This document shows, one piece after another, positions 17,525-31,504 of a stretch of DNA of 64,000 nt. Within the stretch, counting starts at the first letter, position 1. Every line of letters starts with the position of its first letter. Made by a program: the position numbers and the translations under genes. The notes under the pieces were generated by a model that was not told where the DNA came from, ran no database searches, and saw only the letters and a list, made by a program, of their open reading frames with translations. Source of the stretch: the human T2T-CHM13v2.0 reference genome, Homo sapiens; the NCBI RefSeq assembly GCF_009914755.1, contig NC_060928.1. One strand, written 5' to 3'.

Positions 17525-17849
17525 CAGTCCTGTGCCACTTAACTCATACATTCAGAGAAATGCATCGTTGGACAATTTTGTCATTGTGTGAACATCATGG
17601 TGTACCTACACAAACATAGAGGGTATAGCCCACTATATCTAGGCTACATGGTATAGCCTGTTGCTCCTAGGCTACAAATCTGTACAGCCTGTTACTGTAC
17701 AGAATACCGCAGGCATTCATAACACAATGGTATTTGTGTATCTACACCTAGAAAAGATACAATAAAAGCATGGTAGTATAATCTTATGGGGCTACTGTCA
17801 TATATGTGGTTCATCATTGATCAAAACATTATTGTGTGGTGTGTGACTG
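17525..17849 (-). mobile_element. Tigger3a/MER7 non-autonomous DNA transposon (TcMar)
   Basis: Termini CAGTC...GACTG with TA on both sides; internal GTATAGCCTGTTGCTCCTAGGCTACAAA and TATAATCTTATGGG. Confidence 0.88.
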
Positions 17850-18899
17850 TAGAGATATAGATACAGATATAGATAATTACGGACATGGATTTTTTTCTTA
17901 TTAAGTTGTAAATAGTTTTTATATATTATGAATCTTATTAACCCTTAATCTATTTGTAAATATTTAGATCTTAATATTCTGCAAATATTTTCCTGTTTGA
18001 CTTTGTTTAAGGTATTTTTGATATAAAGGATTTTTTTTACAAACTTTAAAATATAATCAAATCAATAGCATTATTTACTTGTGGCCTCTCATGCTTAAAA
18101 ATACTGATTTCACTCTAGAGCAAATACTAATTATATTTTTTCTTTATTTATATGTACAAATATAATTATATTTTTTCCTCATTTATATGTCTACATCCTT
18201 ACTTAAGTACATTTACTATATATTATATAGATTACATTTAATTCATCTGAATTTTGTAATGTAATAGTTGAAGTAGGAATTTAATATTTTTTCACATTAT
18301 CCACTTTTGTAAATGTCATTTAAATTAACTAGGGGATACTTCATATCGTCTAATAAATATATGCTAATCTACTTATATTTCAGCAATGAGACATCAATAA
18401 AAATTTGTGCAGTCAAATCTTTGCAAAGAAGTGGGATAGGATTTGTGAAATATAATAGGTTTAAATACTAAATTCAGATTTGATGATTTCTGATAGACTT
18501 AGAATGCTAACTAAAAATAAATATTTTCAGAAATACACAGCCACTAGGAGTGTAATGTGTAACCTTTAGACACTGTAAAAAAAATGTAATAGTGGAAAAG
18601 CAGACTTAAAGAAGCTTATGGAAGTTACATTTGATGTCAGAAGCAGTTATCAAGATCTATTTTTCAGTAAAAATAAAGTGTTAATCCTGCAGAAAGTCAG
18701 GTTACATAAGCACATAAGCATAACATTTAATCCCTATATTACGTATTTTGAGAGTTCGTTTTAAGGAATAAAAGACATCCTTTGCTGTCAAGCTTATAGG
18801 CTTGTAATATTGGGCTTTACAACAGGGAAACAATCGGAAGACAAAACAACTAGATGAAATACATTGCTAAACTGCACTTTGAAAAGAGAAAAGCAATGA

Positions 18900-19560
18900 G
18901 GATTCAGAAAAGAAAAGACTTTACAGAATTTATAGGTTGAGCAGGACTTCGAAAGATGGTAAAATCTGTTTTAAGTGTAGCAGGAGAGCAGTACGTACTT
19001 AGAGTTGGAACCGCTCCAGGAAGTAGTGGAAGCAACAAGGGAAAACAGTGGTAGCATTGTAAGGAGGCCACCCGATCTGGAGAGATCCTCTTGGGAAACC
19101 ATGGAAGTTAACACTGACGGTAAAGTGGAATCCACTTAGGCGGAACTGTGAACGTTGTGCCAAGAGGTCTAAGACTGTCTCTGTGGGTAGTGTCTGGCCA
19201 GTCTAGGTCCTAGAGCAGAACTGAGACGCGATGAACAATGAGTGGACTATATTACGATGAGCTTGGAATGGATGAGTCAAGATCCACTACGAAATAAGAA
19301 GGCGTCACATCGTGAATAGAGTAGAAGGAACAAGTGGTAGCAGTGTTGACAGGGCTCTGTAATGTGAGAGAAGAAGAGTGAAAAGCCAAAATGACTCCAG
19401 GCTTTTGGGTGCAGAACCTGGAGAAATGTTCCTGTAATAGAGAGAGGAAAAAAGGAAAAGCCATAGAAAGATAGTTAAAATAGACTGTCATCTGCACAAT
19501 TACATAAAGTCATATTGCAGGAGAGTTGAGACTGAAGTTTGTGAAATAGTAGATAGTATA
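18900..19560 (-). mobile_element. Probable L2 fragment
   Basis: Purine-rich, with AAAATGACTCCAGGCTTTTGG and other L2-like words; boundaries uncertain. Confidence 0.45.
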
Positions 19561-21009
19561 TAAAAGTGTTATCAAAACTCAAAAATACATGTGGATTTAA
19601 AGGAAAACATAATGGTTTTAGAGAATAAGGTGGACAGTGAACAATAGCAGATCAAGTTCAGGATCAAAAGATGGAAGGATGGAAAAGTTATTTTTCCATC
19701 TTTCATAAGTCATTTCTTAGAACAGGTCATTCAGTGACCACTCGGTATCTAATAAAAATACTACATCATACTAGCCTAGTTAACTTTCATATACCTGTAC
19801 TCCAATACCAGCTAAGGTGCACTAATTTGCTGCTAGAGTAAGACCCTAGCGATTGAATAGCAGAGTCTGAGAATATTTTATCCCATGCATTTTAGTTACT
19901 TCCTGCAAATCTCAAAACAATCACAACATAAAATAGATTTCCTGTACTCTTGACTTTGTATTTATCTTCACCACAGCCGTAATGAGGGTTTTGCAGCTGA
20001 TATACTTTCCATGGGAACCTCCTGAGAACACGAGCATCAGAGGCAGGATGGTGCAAGGAAGTAGGCTGTAGGATTATGATAGTAAACCGTATTCCCCTCC
20101 ACCTTTGAGTCTCAATCCTGAGTAAGATTTTAAATCAAGTTGGTTGAGTTTTGTAGACAGCTTGTTAAAGACACAGCAGATGTCCTGACCAGTGGGCCCT
20201 TTTATCCTGTAAAGACAGGCTAAGAATCCAGTAGTTTTTATTGTCGACCTTTGCATCTTCAGGGTTCCCATGTTAGTTCCTTACTAACTTAGTTTCTAAC
20301 TAACTTCCTTAGTTGCTAATACCATTAGCAGATTGAGGGCTGTTACCATTTTGTCTCCAAACAGCAAAAGGTGAGTGTGGAGGATCAGAAGGGAGCATAG
20401 GCTATATAGTGTAGCCTTAAAATGTTGTCATAGTTTCACCTGTCTGCTCCCAAATTGATCTCTAAAAGGGATAAAAACCGATGTAAAGGGATCTATTTGG
20501 AGGTGAAGGTTTGTTCTTTAAAGGATAAGAATATTGCCCACGTATATACCCACGAGTCCTGGTTTCTTCCCCCAGATTGCAAGTAGCTTGTACGGCATGT
20601 GCAGCCCATCTGTAGTTGACAGCTGTCAGGCAAGATTCTCTTCAGAAGCATCAGAGAGGAGAGAGTGTCTGTTGACCCTTTCCATGAGATGCATTTCTTC
20701 TCCTATTTCGATCATATGTTTTCCCTCACAAAAATCCTCTTACTCCAACCAATGCTGGTTCTGCGATTCAAACATCGTTCCCTCATGAAACACTTTGTGT
20801 TCGCTCCAAAATCCTTTGCCCTCCCCCACATTAAATGTCATTACTATCCAGAAGCATTTTGAAAACAGCCATTTGTAACAGTGACCTTTCCAATGATAAT
20901 TGCTAAGGATTTTGGATGTGAATGTTGTTGTTACTGTTCTTCAGAAAAACCAGTATATGAAAATCTAAATGGCAGAGAAGTTGATGGAGGCAGAGATAGA
21001 TATTTGGAC

Positions 21010-21190
21010 TTTACTCAACACTTATTATGTTTAATCTTTTCAACTACCCTCTGAGATTAGTAGTATTATCTGTGTTTTACAGAGGAAAGAAAACTAAGGC
21101 TTAGAAAGAATCTAAATACCCTGCTAAGGTCACACAGATACTGAGTGACAAAGCCAGCAGTTAAAGCCACAGCCTAATTCTAAAACCCGC
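21010..21190 (-). mobile_element. MIR relic
   Basis: TTTTACAGAGGAAAGAAAACTAAGGCTTAGAAAG...CTAAGGTCACACAG. Confidence 0.75.
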
Positions 21191-21393
21191 TGAGTAAACT
21201 TCCTGTTCTTGGGTGGAATCTATTGGCATCCAGACAGTAGTAGACTGTAGGTCCTCAGATTACGTGCTTTGCAATGAGAAGGAAAGAGCTTTTTCAACTT
21301 AAATGTCCTCACTGTCTCCAAGAGCTTCTGCGCAGTTGAATTCATTTCCTACTTTTTAGTTTAAGATGTAATCCTGCTATATCAAAAGTTTCT

Positions 21394-21700
21394 GGCCAGG
21401 TGTAGTGGCTCATGCCTGTAATCCCAGCACTTTGGGAGGCTGAGGCAGGCCGATCACCTGAGGTCAGGAGCTCGAGACCAGCTTGGTCAACATGGTGAAA
21501 TTCCATCTCTATTAAAAAACAAAAAATTAGCTGGGCGTGGTGGCAGGTGCCTGTAGTTTCAGCTACTCGGGAGGCTGAGGCAGGGGAATTGCTCGAACCC
21601 GGGAGGCGGTTGCAGGGAGCCAAGATCACGCCACTGCACTCCAGCCCACGTGACAGAGTGAAACTCTGTCTCAAAAAAAGAAAGAAGGAAAGAAAGAAAA
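21394..21700 (+). mobile_element. AluSx-like
   Basis: Full dimer, (GAAA)n tail, TSD AAAAGTTTC (21384-21392 / 21697-21705). Confidence 0.95.
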
Positions 21701-21705
21701 GTTTC

Positions 21706-21832
21706 ATAGGCACAGTGGTAAGGGCATTTGATGAGAAGATAAGAGATCTGGTTTCTTATTCTGGTTCTATCATTAATTTGTTGTTTTACCTTAGGCAGTT
21801 CACCTGGTGTCACTGGGTTTGAGTTTCTTCAA
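21706..21832 (+). mobile_element. MIR 5' fragment
   Basis: GGCACAGTGGTAAGGGCA...GAGATCTGGTTTCTTATTCTGGTTCT...ACCTTAGGCAG...GAGTTTCTTC. Confidence 0.6.
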
Positions 21833-23023
21833 ATTCTGCCTTCTTATTAAATAATTTTAATGTGCATTGTTTTATCTTTGATTAAGACTACAAAGCTAAT
21901 TTTGCAAAGTTTTTTCTTGAGGATTTCTCTCAAGGGAGGAAAGTCATGTTGGGTCAGGATAGGTCTAACAAAGTGAAGATGCAAAGCATAAAAATCCAGG
22001 AAACCACCTGAAGTGGTAAGAAAAGTTAGATTTAAGATTTATTTTTTGCATCCATCAAACATAACCCAAGTTTCCGTTGGGTCTTGTGTGTCTGTTGTAA
22101 GTATCATGTCTATGACAAATAGAACTTAAACTAATACAGCATACCCTATCGCCTACAGAGCTATTCTTTTATTTTGTTTTGACTGGTAGTGGTATTCAGG
22201 AAGAAATTTTTTGATGAATACCTTACCATACCTAGCAAGCAGGTCCTATATTTAATAGATTAATACAAAAATAACTGACATTACCTGAATATTTTAATCA
22301 ACCTTTTTAAAAGATAAGTCGGTTTTAACAAAAAAGAGACAATAACATTTCCCCTTTCTCTTTCACATACTTTTCAAAGAGAACAACGTGGTGTGGTACT
22401 TACTGTTTTGCTTAACCATGGTCCTGATTTCTAAACATGAGTCATTCCTACCCCAGGTTTTCCCAAGTATTGTTATCTGTGTCTTTCTTGAGATACTACA
22501 GGCTCTTAAAACGCAATCTGGAGCAGTTCATTATTTCACTGTGAGAATATTCATGCGATTATCTGCATGTTTCTAGAAGTGATCTCTGCAAAACAATTCT
22601 GCTTTCTGTTGCTAAAGGACCTGCCAAATAGTTGAATATCTTAATCATAAGTCTGCTCTGGACCTTGAGAGACATTAGTTTTATTTTCTGTAAGGAAGCC
22701 TCGAGAGACAAACTCAACTAGGTATCATGGTTTTTCTGAATTTGCCTGTGTTTGTGTTTAATTAAATTTTTTTTTCCTGCTTTTGTCCTAAGTTCTTAAT
22801 ATGAAGTTGAGACGTTTTGGTCTTCAGTTTCATGGCATACTTCTTTTCACATTTGAGAAGCAAGACTGTTATCCTTTCTTTCTCAAAACTAATTAGACCA
22901 ATATTCATTCCTTGAGAAATTGTTCCTACCTTTTAGCCCTAGTCATTTTCATTATTCACTGAGCTTTTTCCCAGTTTATCATGACTCCTTCGTTTCTGAG
23001 GGCCTCAAAAATTCTCCTCCCCA

Positions 23024-23024
<1 letters not shown>

Positions 23025-23062
<38 letters not shown>
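23025..23062. repeat. (CA)19 microsatellite
   Basis: Uninterrupted CA run of 38 bp. Confidence 0.98.
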
Positions 23063-23065
<3 letters not shown>

Positions 23066-24542
23066 TTTCTTATGTTTTAATGCACTGTTGATGTTGGTAC
23101 CCAGCATCTTTTCGCCTTTTTAATGATAATAACACCCTATTTCTGTTCAAAGTTATTTTTGTTGTCTAAAATGTGTATCAACGCTATGTTAAAAACCGTG
23201 GTGTCTGCCCTCAAATATGTCTTCAATGGGTAAATCTGTTCTGTGACCCTTTTCTTCAATCTGACCTAAGCCTCACCATGATGTTTCTGAAACCACTGAA
23301 AATATCCACAACGTGTTACCTTTCTCTTCTCCTACTTCTTGGTAAATTTCTGTGTAATTTCCAGCTTTGGATTTCTCTAGAGTTTTCCATAAAATTCTTA
23401 TTTCCTGGATCACCATGGATGACTAGATTAGGATTTTCTGATCATTCTCTTCCCACATCCTCTAGTCTTACCAATCGAATGCAATCGCACGGTCTTGTCT
23501 CGTTTCCTATCCTGCTTCTAATTATCAGACCCTCTCCCTCCCGTCCCCTCTCATTTCATCATTTTAAATTTCCTCATAACTGAGGCATTCAAATACATGT
23601 TTCTTTCAACTTGCAGTTCTTAATAGACCAGGATGAGCAATAAATATCTATTTGAAGTCCTGACTTAGTAGCTTTTCAAATGTTATTTCCCACACCCTAA
23701 AAGTCGATGCAACTTTAAAGAGATCTAGGTTTGAAAGAGAATACAATATGTGAGTTAATGAAAGGCTGTTCCACGAACCTGATATTTCAGTTTATATCTG
23801 TTTTAAAAATATACCTTAGAATATCTTATTGTAGTTTGCAGCTTAAGGTGTTATATAGATAAATTATGCAAACTCTCATTAACAAAAATAACTTGCTATA
23901 CATTGCAAATATACTTCCAGTTAGAAGACAGCTGTTGGGGAATAGAATGGTAGCTCTCTTTTAGTAGCCTACTTTTTTTCCTAGCAGGCACAAATCATTA
24001 GGAATAAATTGTCTTCTGTCATTGTAGCCAGTAATTGGTGACATTTTCTTGTCACTATGGGATTATAAATAACAGCAATATATGTACTGTCAACAGATTC
24101 ATTATGTTATGAAAAACATAAACCAGTAGTCTGTGTCTTTTAGCTATAGTTTGCATGTTTTCCGTATTAAGTATGACACTGACATCTTTACAAATTAAAA
24201 AAATACTCGACAGTGCAGTTTTGTTACTAATAACTTCAAATTTTTTAAGCTTTAAATATATCATAATTCCTTCTATTTCTTCCATAGTTCTTCTGGAAAA
24301 TATATTCTTCCAAGATTTCTTTGTTTGCAAACAAGATTGTAAGCATTTGTGATGCATCTTAGCGGAGCTCAAGTTATAAGAGTAATGATAAATACCTTGT
24401 CCTCAAAATTTTAGTTTACATAGTAAATAGTGGTCACCTGTCCCATGCTGAACAAAAAAAAAATAATCCATCCAGAAGGAAAATTAACATGGACTAAATG
24501 TTATAATTACTTGCTTCATTGATAATTTTGACAGATTAATAA

Positions 24543-24840
24543 TTTTCTTTTTTGAGTCTCGCTCTGTCACTCAAGCTGGAGTCCAGTGGGATGATCTTGG
24601 CTCACTGCAGCCTCTGCCTCCCAGGCTCAACTGATCCTCCCACCTCAGCCTCCTGAGTAGCTGGGACTATAGGCACGTGCCACCACACCTGGTTATTTTA
24701 TTTATTTATTTATTTTTTTGGGTAGAGATGAGGTTTCACCAGGTTGCTCAGGCTGGTCTCAAACTCCCGAACTCAAGCAAATTGCCTGCCTCGGCCTCCC
24801 AAAGTGCTGAGATTACAGGCGTGAGCCACCACACCAGGCC
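24543..24840 (-). mobile_element. AluJ-like
   Basis: GCAGCCTC...GGCTCAACTGATCCTCCCACCTCAGCC (J-type); (TTTA)n in the middle A-rich linker. Confidence 0.92.
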
Positions 24841-25108
24841 TATTGATAATTATTAAGTTAGATATTATTTTCTAATTTGAGTGTCCTGGCAATGGTATAT
24901 ACCTGTCACCTCTTTGACCTCCCGATAAAGAAGGGCAACATCTCACTTTCAGTAGCTGCCATTGCTTTGTAGAGAAGAAGTTTTATTTTTCTTTGCCTTT
25001 GCAAAATTAAGACAGAAAAGACTCTGCTGGTTATGGAGAGTGCATGGAAAGCAAGCTGGCTGCAGCGTTCATGTGACCCCTATCTTCCTAGACAAGTTTG
25101 TCAGCCTC

Positions 25109-25522
25109 TGAGTGAGTCTGTTTTGCCTTGCTATCAAGGAAGTACCTGAGGCTGGGTAATTTATAACGAAAGAGGTTTATTTGGCTCACAGTTCTGCAGA
25201 CTACACAAGAAGCATGGCGCCAACATCTACTTCTGGTGAGGGCTTCAGGAAGCTTTTACTCGTGGAGGACGGAAGGGGAGTTGAAGTGTCACATGGCAAG
25301 AGCAGGAGCAAGAGAAAGGAGGAGGTACTGGGCTCTTTTTGACAACCAGCTCCTGCATGAACTAATAGGGTGAGAACTCACTCATCACCAAGGTGATGTC
25401 ACCAAGCCATTCATGAGGGACCCCCCTCATAATCCAGACACCTCCCACACGGCTCCACCTCCAACATTGGGTGTCATATTTCAACATGAGATTTAAAGGG
25501 GACAAATATCCGAACTATATCA
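25109..25522 (-). mobile_element. MSTB-like MaLR solo LTR
   Basis: TACCTGAGGCTGGGTAATTTATAA...GAGGTTTATTTGGCTCACAGTTCTGCAG...TTTCAACATGAGATTT...AACTATATCA; TG/CA ends; 5-bp TSD GCCTC (25104-25108 / 25523-25527). Confidence 0.92.
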
Positions 25523-26789
25523 GCCTCTGAACCAAGACTTGAAGGGCATAATTTCTTGCCTGTTCCCTAGAGTCATTTTTGGGAGCCCCCTACTAAGGGG
25601 AATTGTGACTTTCCTATCGAGGAGATGCCTTCTAAACTTCTCTGTTTCTCTCTTAACAGCTATACAACATTTAAAGACTTCAAAATTTTGGATTCCCCTA
25701 CTTTGTGAAAATACTGTTATCCAAGTTTTCTTTACCTCGTTTCTTATTTATTCACTCAACAAACACAGCCAAGGCATTGTTTCTGACTCTTCAGGGACTA
25801 CAAAGCTGAAAAACAAGACCTACCAGTGTGTATAGTATATATATATATATGTATATTTAGAAGTAACTCTAACGGGAGCTACAGTCACGTGTGAGTTTCA
25901 CACGTCTTTACTCACATGCTTTGTGTCTTACTATTTCTGTATTAATTTTTCATTATTCTGGGCAGTCCATCATTCAGATATCCCTTTCTTCATCTAAAAG
26001 TTAGTCCTCTAATAAAGCATTTTGCTACTGAAAGAGGCACCACAGTCTTTTTGGTTTTATAGACTAAATCTGAGCTGTATTTGAATTTCAATCCTGCTGT
26101 TTTTTTCTTGGCCACTTCGTTGATATCCCTTCTATTTAAAATAATGCTATCTAAAGCAGCAATATAAATTGTACACTAAACATATTCTCTCTCTTTCATA
26201 ATGGAAAATTGTAAAATAAGTTTTTAAAATATAAACCACTATAACATTTTTGAGACATTATGAAATCACATGATGAGTTGTGTTATATATTTTTCATCAT
26301 GGCACTCAAAACAGTTTGCCAAAGTGGAGCTCAAGTTTCTATTTTTTCTTCCCACTTACCATTTCCAAATCACTTCCAAAATTTCAAGTTCATTAGCCTT
26401 GTCTTTCTTCCCTACATGATATCTTTCCATTGCCATGTACTTCCATCCAATTCAAACGATTTATTTCAAAACTTTTTTTAGTCCTGAGTATATAGGAGGT
26501 GTATATATTACTTCTTCAAATTTCTTCCTGTCTTTTGTCCTTTTCTTACATCTAGAAAATTTTTCCCCCAATTCTCTTGATCTTGGCTTCATAAAACGTC
26601 TTTGCACCAGTGAAGACAGGACAGAAGTTGCATCAACCTTCTCAGGAAAACTTAAATTCTCTAAGCTTATCTTCCCCGTTATCTAAACACCAAATAATCT
26701 TATTTTTCCATTCTTTCCTTGCAATTCCTGTGAAGACATTGTAATGGAGTCTTCTTTATTATTTGCCATATTGTGAATAAACCATGAGT

Positions 26790-27170
26790 TTTCTTGCCTC
26801 TCTGCCTTTGATCATACCACCAACAATCTGCAATACCCTCTTAGCCACTCTTTGCAGATCAAAATCCTTCCAATCTTTCAAGGCTCAACTTAAGTATCTC
26901 TTCCTTTTAGTCATCCTAATAACAAAGGGCAGTGAGCTGTCCAGCCTCTAAATTTCCCAGATGTTTACTCTCTCTAATGCTTCATGACATTTAGCATTTA
27001 CTACCTTATTTTGAAGTTATCTGTTTACCTGTCTTATTTTCCTATACTAGATCATAAGTATCAAGAAAAGGGGAATTAGGCTTCTAAGTCCATTCCTTGG
27101 ATTGTGTAGCAATAAAGCCACACCCCAAATAGATGCCTGGTTAAATGTTTTCAACAGCGGAATGAACGAA
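26790..27170 (+). mobile_element. L2 3' end relic
   Basis: TCTTTCAAGGCTCAACTTAAGTATC, TCTGTTTACCTGTCTT...TACTAGA, ending AAATGTTT...GAATGAACGAA. Confidence 0.6.
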
Positions 27171-27301
27171 ATGTCCATGGAACTAGGCACAATGTCACAA
27201 AATGCTGGGAGGAATTCAGAGATAAACTTAGTCTTAGGCAGAGAAAGGTTTTTATTTTCCTAGTGGAAAAACAGGTATTTGTATTCTCTGACCTTTTGTA
27301 A

Positions 27302-27644
<343 letters not shown>

Positions 27645-29082
27645 GGGAACCGCATGTTGTGGGTGCTTTTTAAAACAACATTTGTAAAAGGGATAATGAA
27701 TGCACTGACTTCCATGACATAGTGTTTTAATTAGAATTCAGACCATTTGTGCACCCCTTATGATAGTTTCTTCTTATTTGCATTCACTAGATTTCCTTTC
27801 CTAAATGATTTATACACTTGCATAACTGGAAATTTTAAACATTAAATTTATTGCATCTTGTCATTATGTATTAAAATTATTTTCCTAATCTTGAGTACTC
27901 GAATTCGTCATATGTTCTTATACACATAATTTATGTTAAGAATTGCTTCAGCAACATTTGCGCTGTCATTTGGCACGCTTTTGGAATCAATATTGTAGAA
28001 TACTGTAAGGGGAAAAAATAATTCTAACAGTTCTCCCCTGTGTTCCCATTAATTTGTTTATTATCCAGGTCTTCATTAGTAATATAGTTGCTAATGTAAG
28101 CCCATAATAAACAGAGTATAATTGAATTTTCAATATTTTGTCACCTGGGAGTAATTTTCTTCCAAGACCTCTGCTCCATCTTGTGACTAATTGTCGACAG
28201 TTACTCAGTGCCACCACATTAATGTCATCTAGCATTGCAAAAATATCTACCTGACTGCATTATATTTAAAGATATTCATTCCAAGCCCTTGATATTTTCT
28301 TTTTAAATTATTTACCTCAAGTTTAAATATCATTTAAAATGCAATAAATGTAATGAGCCAACATGTTGTGAAAATACAGATTTAGACATCAGCTAAGATT
28401 TGTTTGGGTAGAAGATAAAGACAGTCATGTTGGGTGTCACCAAGCATTGGAGCAGCAACGTGGCAGAGGAGGGAGGTGGCTGAACCGGAGTCAGTGTACA
28501 GAAACCAGAGCGATGGCCATTGGACCCATTTTTTTTTTTTCCCTGAATTGGGGTTGTTTCTGGTCAAATTACTTTTTTTTTCCTGTGAGTTTTACCTGGG
28601 TTGAATCAGATGTTATCTTGATATTACATTATGCTGAATAATGTTCTAAAAGTGTATTATCAAAAATAAGTGAAGACAATAACAATTGAAAATGCTAGAC
28701 ACAGGTAGATTGATTGAAAAATACAAAAATCTTTGTTTTTGTTGGCACTGTGTAGTCAGAATCAAGCTTTTCACAAATTCAGAACACAAAATAGCAACCC
28801 CGGAATACTCCAGGTTTATGTCTGTTGTCCCAGTGTAATCCGTCCGCACTGTCTCCTTCCACTCTTAAACATGTCTTGGTTTGGTCATTAAGTTAAATGG
28901 TCAGCTAACCGACAACACATTTTTAGTTTAGTACCTCCTCTATTTCCCAGACAGCTTGCTAATGACCCATATAGTAAAATTAAAACAACTGTGTTCTGAT
29001 TCAGGAATCCTACACTTGACCTAATTTGCAAAACTTTTCAAACTCTCTTTGTTCAACAATCAAATTTTGATTCTGCGTATAG

Positions 29083-29484
<402 letters not shown>

Positions 29485-30029
29485 TAAAACAAATCATGTA
29501 TATAGATCATGATATTGTTTATATGATTTTTAAATTTTCGTTAGGAATACAGTTTCCCAAAGAGAATTCTTCACATTATGGGAAAGCAAGAGAGCCTGGT
29601 GATGCTAGCACGTTATCCTAGACTCTGTGGGTACTCTCTTAGTATATCACAACAGCAAAGTTTGAGTGAATGTCTTATTGTGTGATCATAGAGAAGCAAA
29701 TCTCTGTAGGTGAGTGAAATAGAGCAAATGTGGCAGAATGAAAAACTGCGATTTCGGATGGCATGCTCACTTCAGTTCAAGCAGACATTGATGGATGTCC
29801 ACGATGCTCACTGTGCTAGGTCATGTGGAGGATACGGAGGGAAGGCAGTTCGCTTGCAAGGACTGCAGTTTGGAAGTGGAAGTGGGATTGGGAGTAGCTC
29901 CCTTTCACTGAGCACTCCCAGTCTGTGCAGATTTTGTTCTCGGCTTCTTAAAGGCAGTGAGCTCGGGTAAGTGTGATTCCTATTTTATAAATAAGGAAAC
30001 CAACATACAGAGAGATTTATCCCTTTGTC

Positions 30030-30640
30030 TTTCTTGAGCATCTGCATGTGCTGTTGTGCAGACGACTGGGGATATGGTGATGAACCAAACAGACAGGTTC
30101 CCTGTCCTTATGGGAGCTTACAAGTCTAGAGGGAAAGATAGACCTCGCACAAGTGAACCACAAAAATATGTACGCACACTGCATACAAAGAATGGAGCTG
30201 GCTTCTGTGAGAGGGGGTATTCAGAATGTAGGAGAGGGAGACTTCTTTGGACCAGGTGGCCAGGGAAGTCATCTCTGAAAAAGTGACAGGTTTAAAGCTG
30301 AGACTTGAGGGGACAGAACGAACAAGTTAGATAACATAGCAGGAGAGATTCCAGATGGAAGGAAAGCATCGCAAAGACCCCAGGAGTGCAAGAGCTAATG
30401 GGAGCGCTGGAGAAACTGAAAACAGGCCTCGGAAGGGTCACCCAGCGGTCACGGAGGACAGTGGCATAACTCATGAAATAAGGCTGCAGAGGAAAGTCGG
30501 GTTTTGCAGAGTTTGGATTTGAAAAGATTTTGAATTTTTAAAAGATTATTTTGGATTGCAGAAGTGTTTTTTCTCCCAAAATTGCAATAGGAAGCCATGA
30601 AAGGGTTTTGAACAGGGAGAGACATGATCCAACTTGCCTA
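30030..30640 (-). mobile_element. L2 3' fragment lying between two halves of a MIR
   Basis: CTGGGGATATGGTGATGAACCAAACAGACAGGTTCCCTGTCCTTATGGGAGCTTACAAGTCTAG and GGAAGCCATGAAAGGGTTTTGAACAGGGAGAGACATGATC; MIR-like halves at ~29930-30020 and ~30635-30710. Confidence 0.75.
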
Positions 30641-30891
30641 AGAACCTGGAGCTAAAAATTCAGAGAGCTAGAACTGAACTCAGGCCAGTCTAACTTCAGA
30701 GCTCAGCTCCACATTCTAAAACCGTTTCCCCTGAGACTACAAATAACTGGGTACGTGGCAGAAGGTGCGTACCGTGGCCAGTATGCACAGGCATTGGGTA
30801 GTTCTAAGCGGGAAGATCGAGCATCGGATTTGGACTTTCATAAAAACTCGAGGAGATGGCACCAGTCTGGAGACTAGAAGCGTGTTGCAAG

Positions 30892-31165
30892 GGCCAGGCT
30901 TGGTGGCTCACGCCTGTAATCCCAGCACTTTGGGAGGCCGGGGCGGGCGGATCAGCCTGTCCAACATGGTGAAACCCCGTCTGTCCTAAAAGAAATACAA
31001 AAATTAGCCAGGCGTGGTAGTGGGCTCCTGTAATCCCAGCTACTCGGGAGGCTGAGGCAGGAGAATCACTTGAACCCGGGGAGTGGAGGTTGCAGTGAGC
31101 CGGAGATTCTGCCACTGCACTCCAGCCTGGGCAATAGAGCGAGACTCCGTCTAAGAAAGGAAAAA
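30892..31165 (+). mobile_element. AluS with an internal deletion in the left arm
   Basis: GGCGGATCA joins directly to GCCTGTCCAACATGG; flanks AAGCGTGTTGCAAG / AAGGGTATTGCAAG. Confidence 0.93.
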
Positions 31166-31504
31166 GGGTATTGCAAGAAACAGGAAGAGCATAAAAATGG
31201 GGCAGGGAAAAGGGACTGTTTTGAGGGGAAAGTGAGCAGTCCAAGTCCCCACAGTGTGTCCCACCCATAGTGTGTTACTAGAAAATTGTAAAGGTAGGTT
31301 AAAGACTGAACGGGGCTTTTCATGCTCGTCTGAGACATTGTATATAATTCAGTAACTAGTGAAGAGTCACTGAAGATGTCTGAGGAGGAGAATGACTTGA
31401 ACAGAGATACACTTTTAAAACTCTTTTTAATCTGAGGGTGTGGATGTACCATTAAGGAAGGGAGGCTGCATGAAGGAGAGATCTGTAAGACATTTGTACA
31501 GCCT

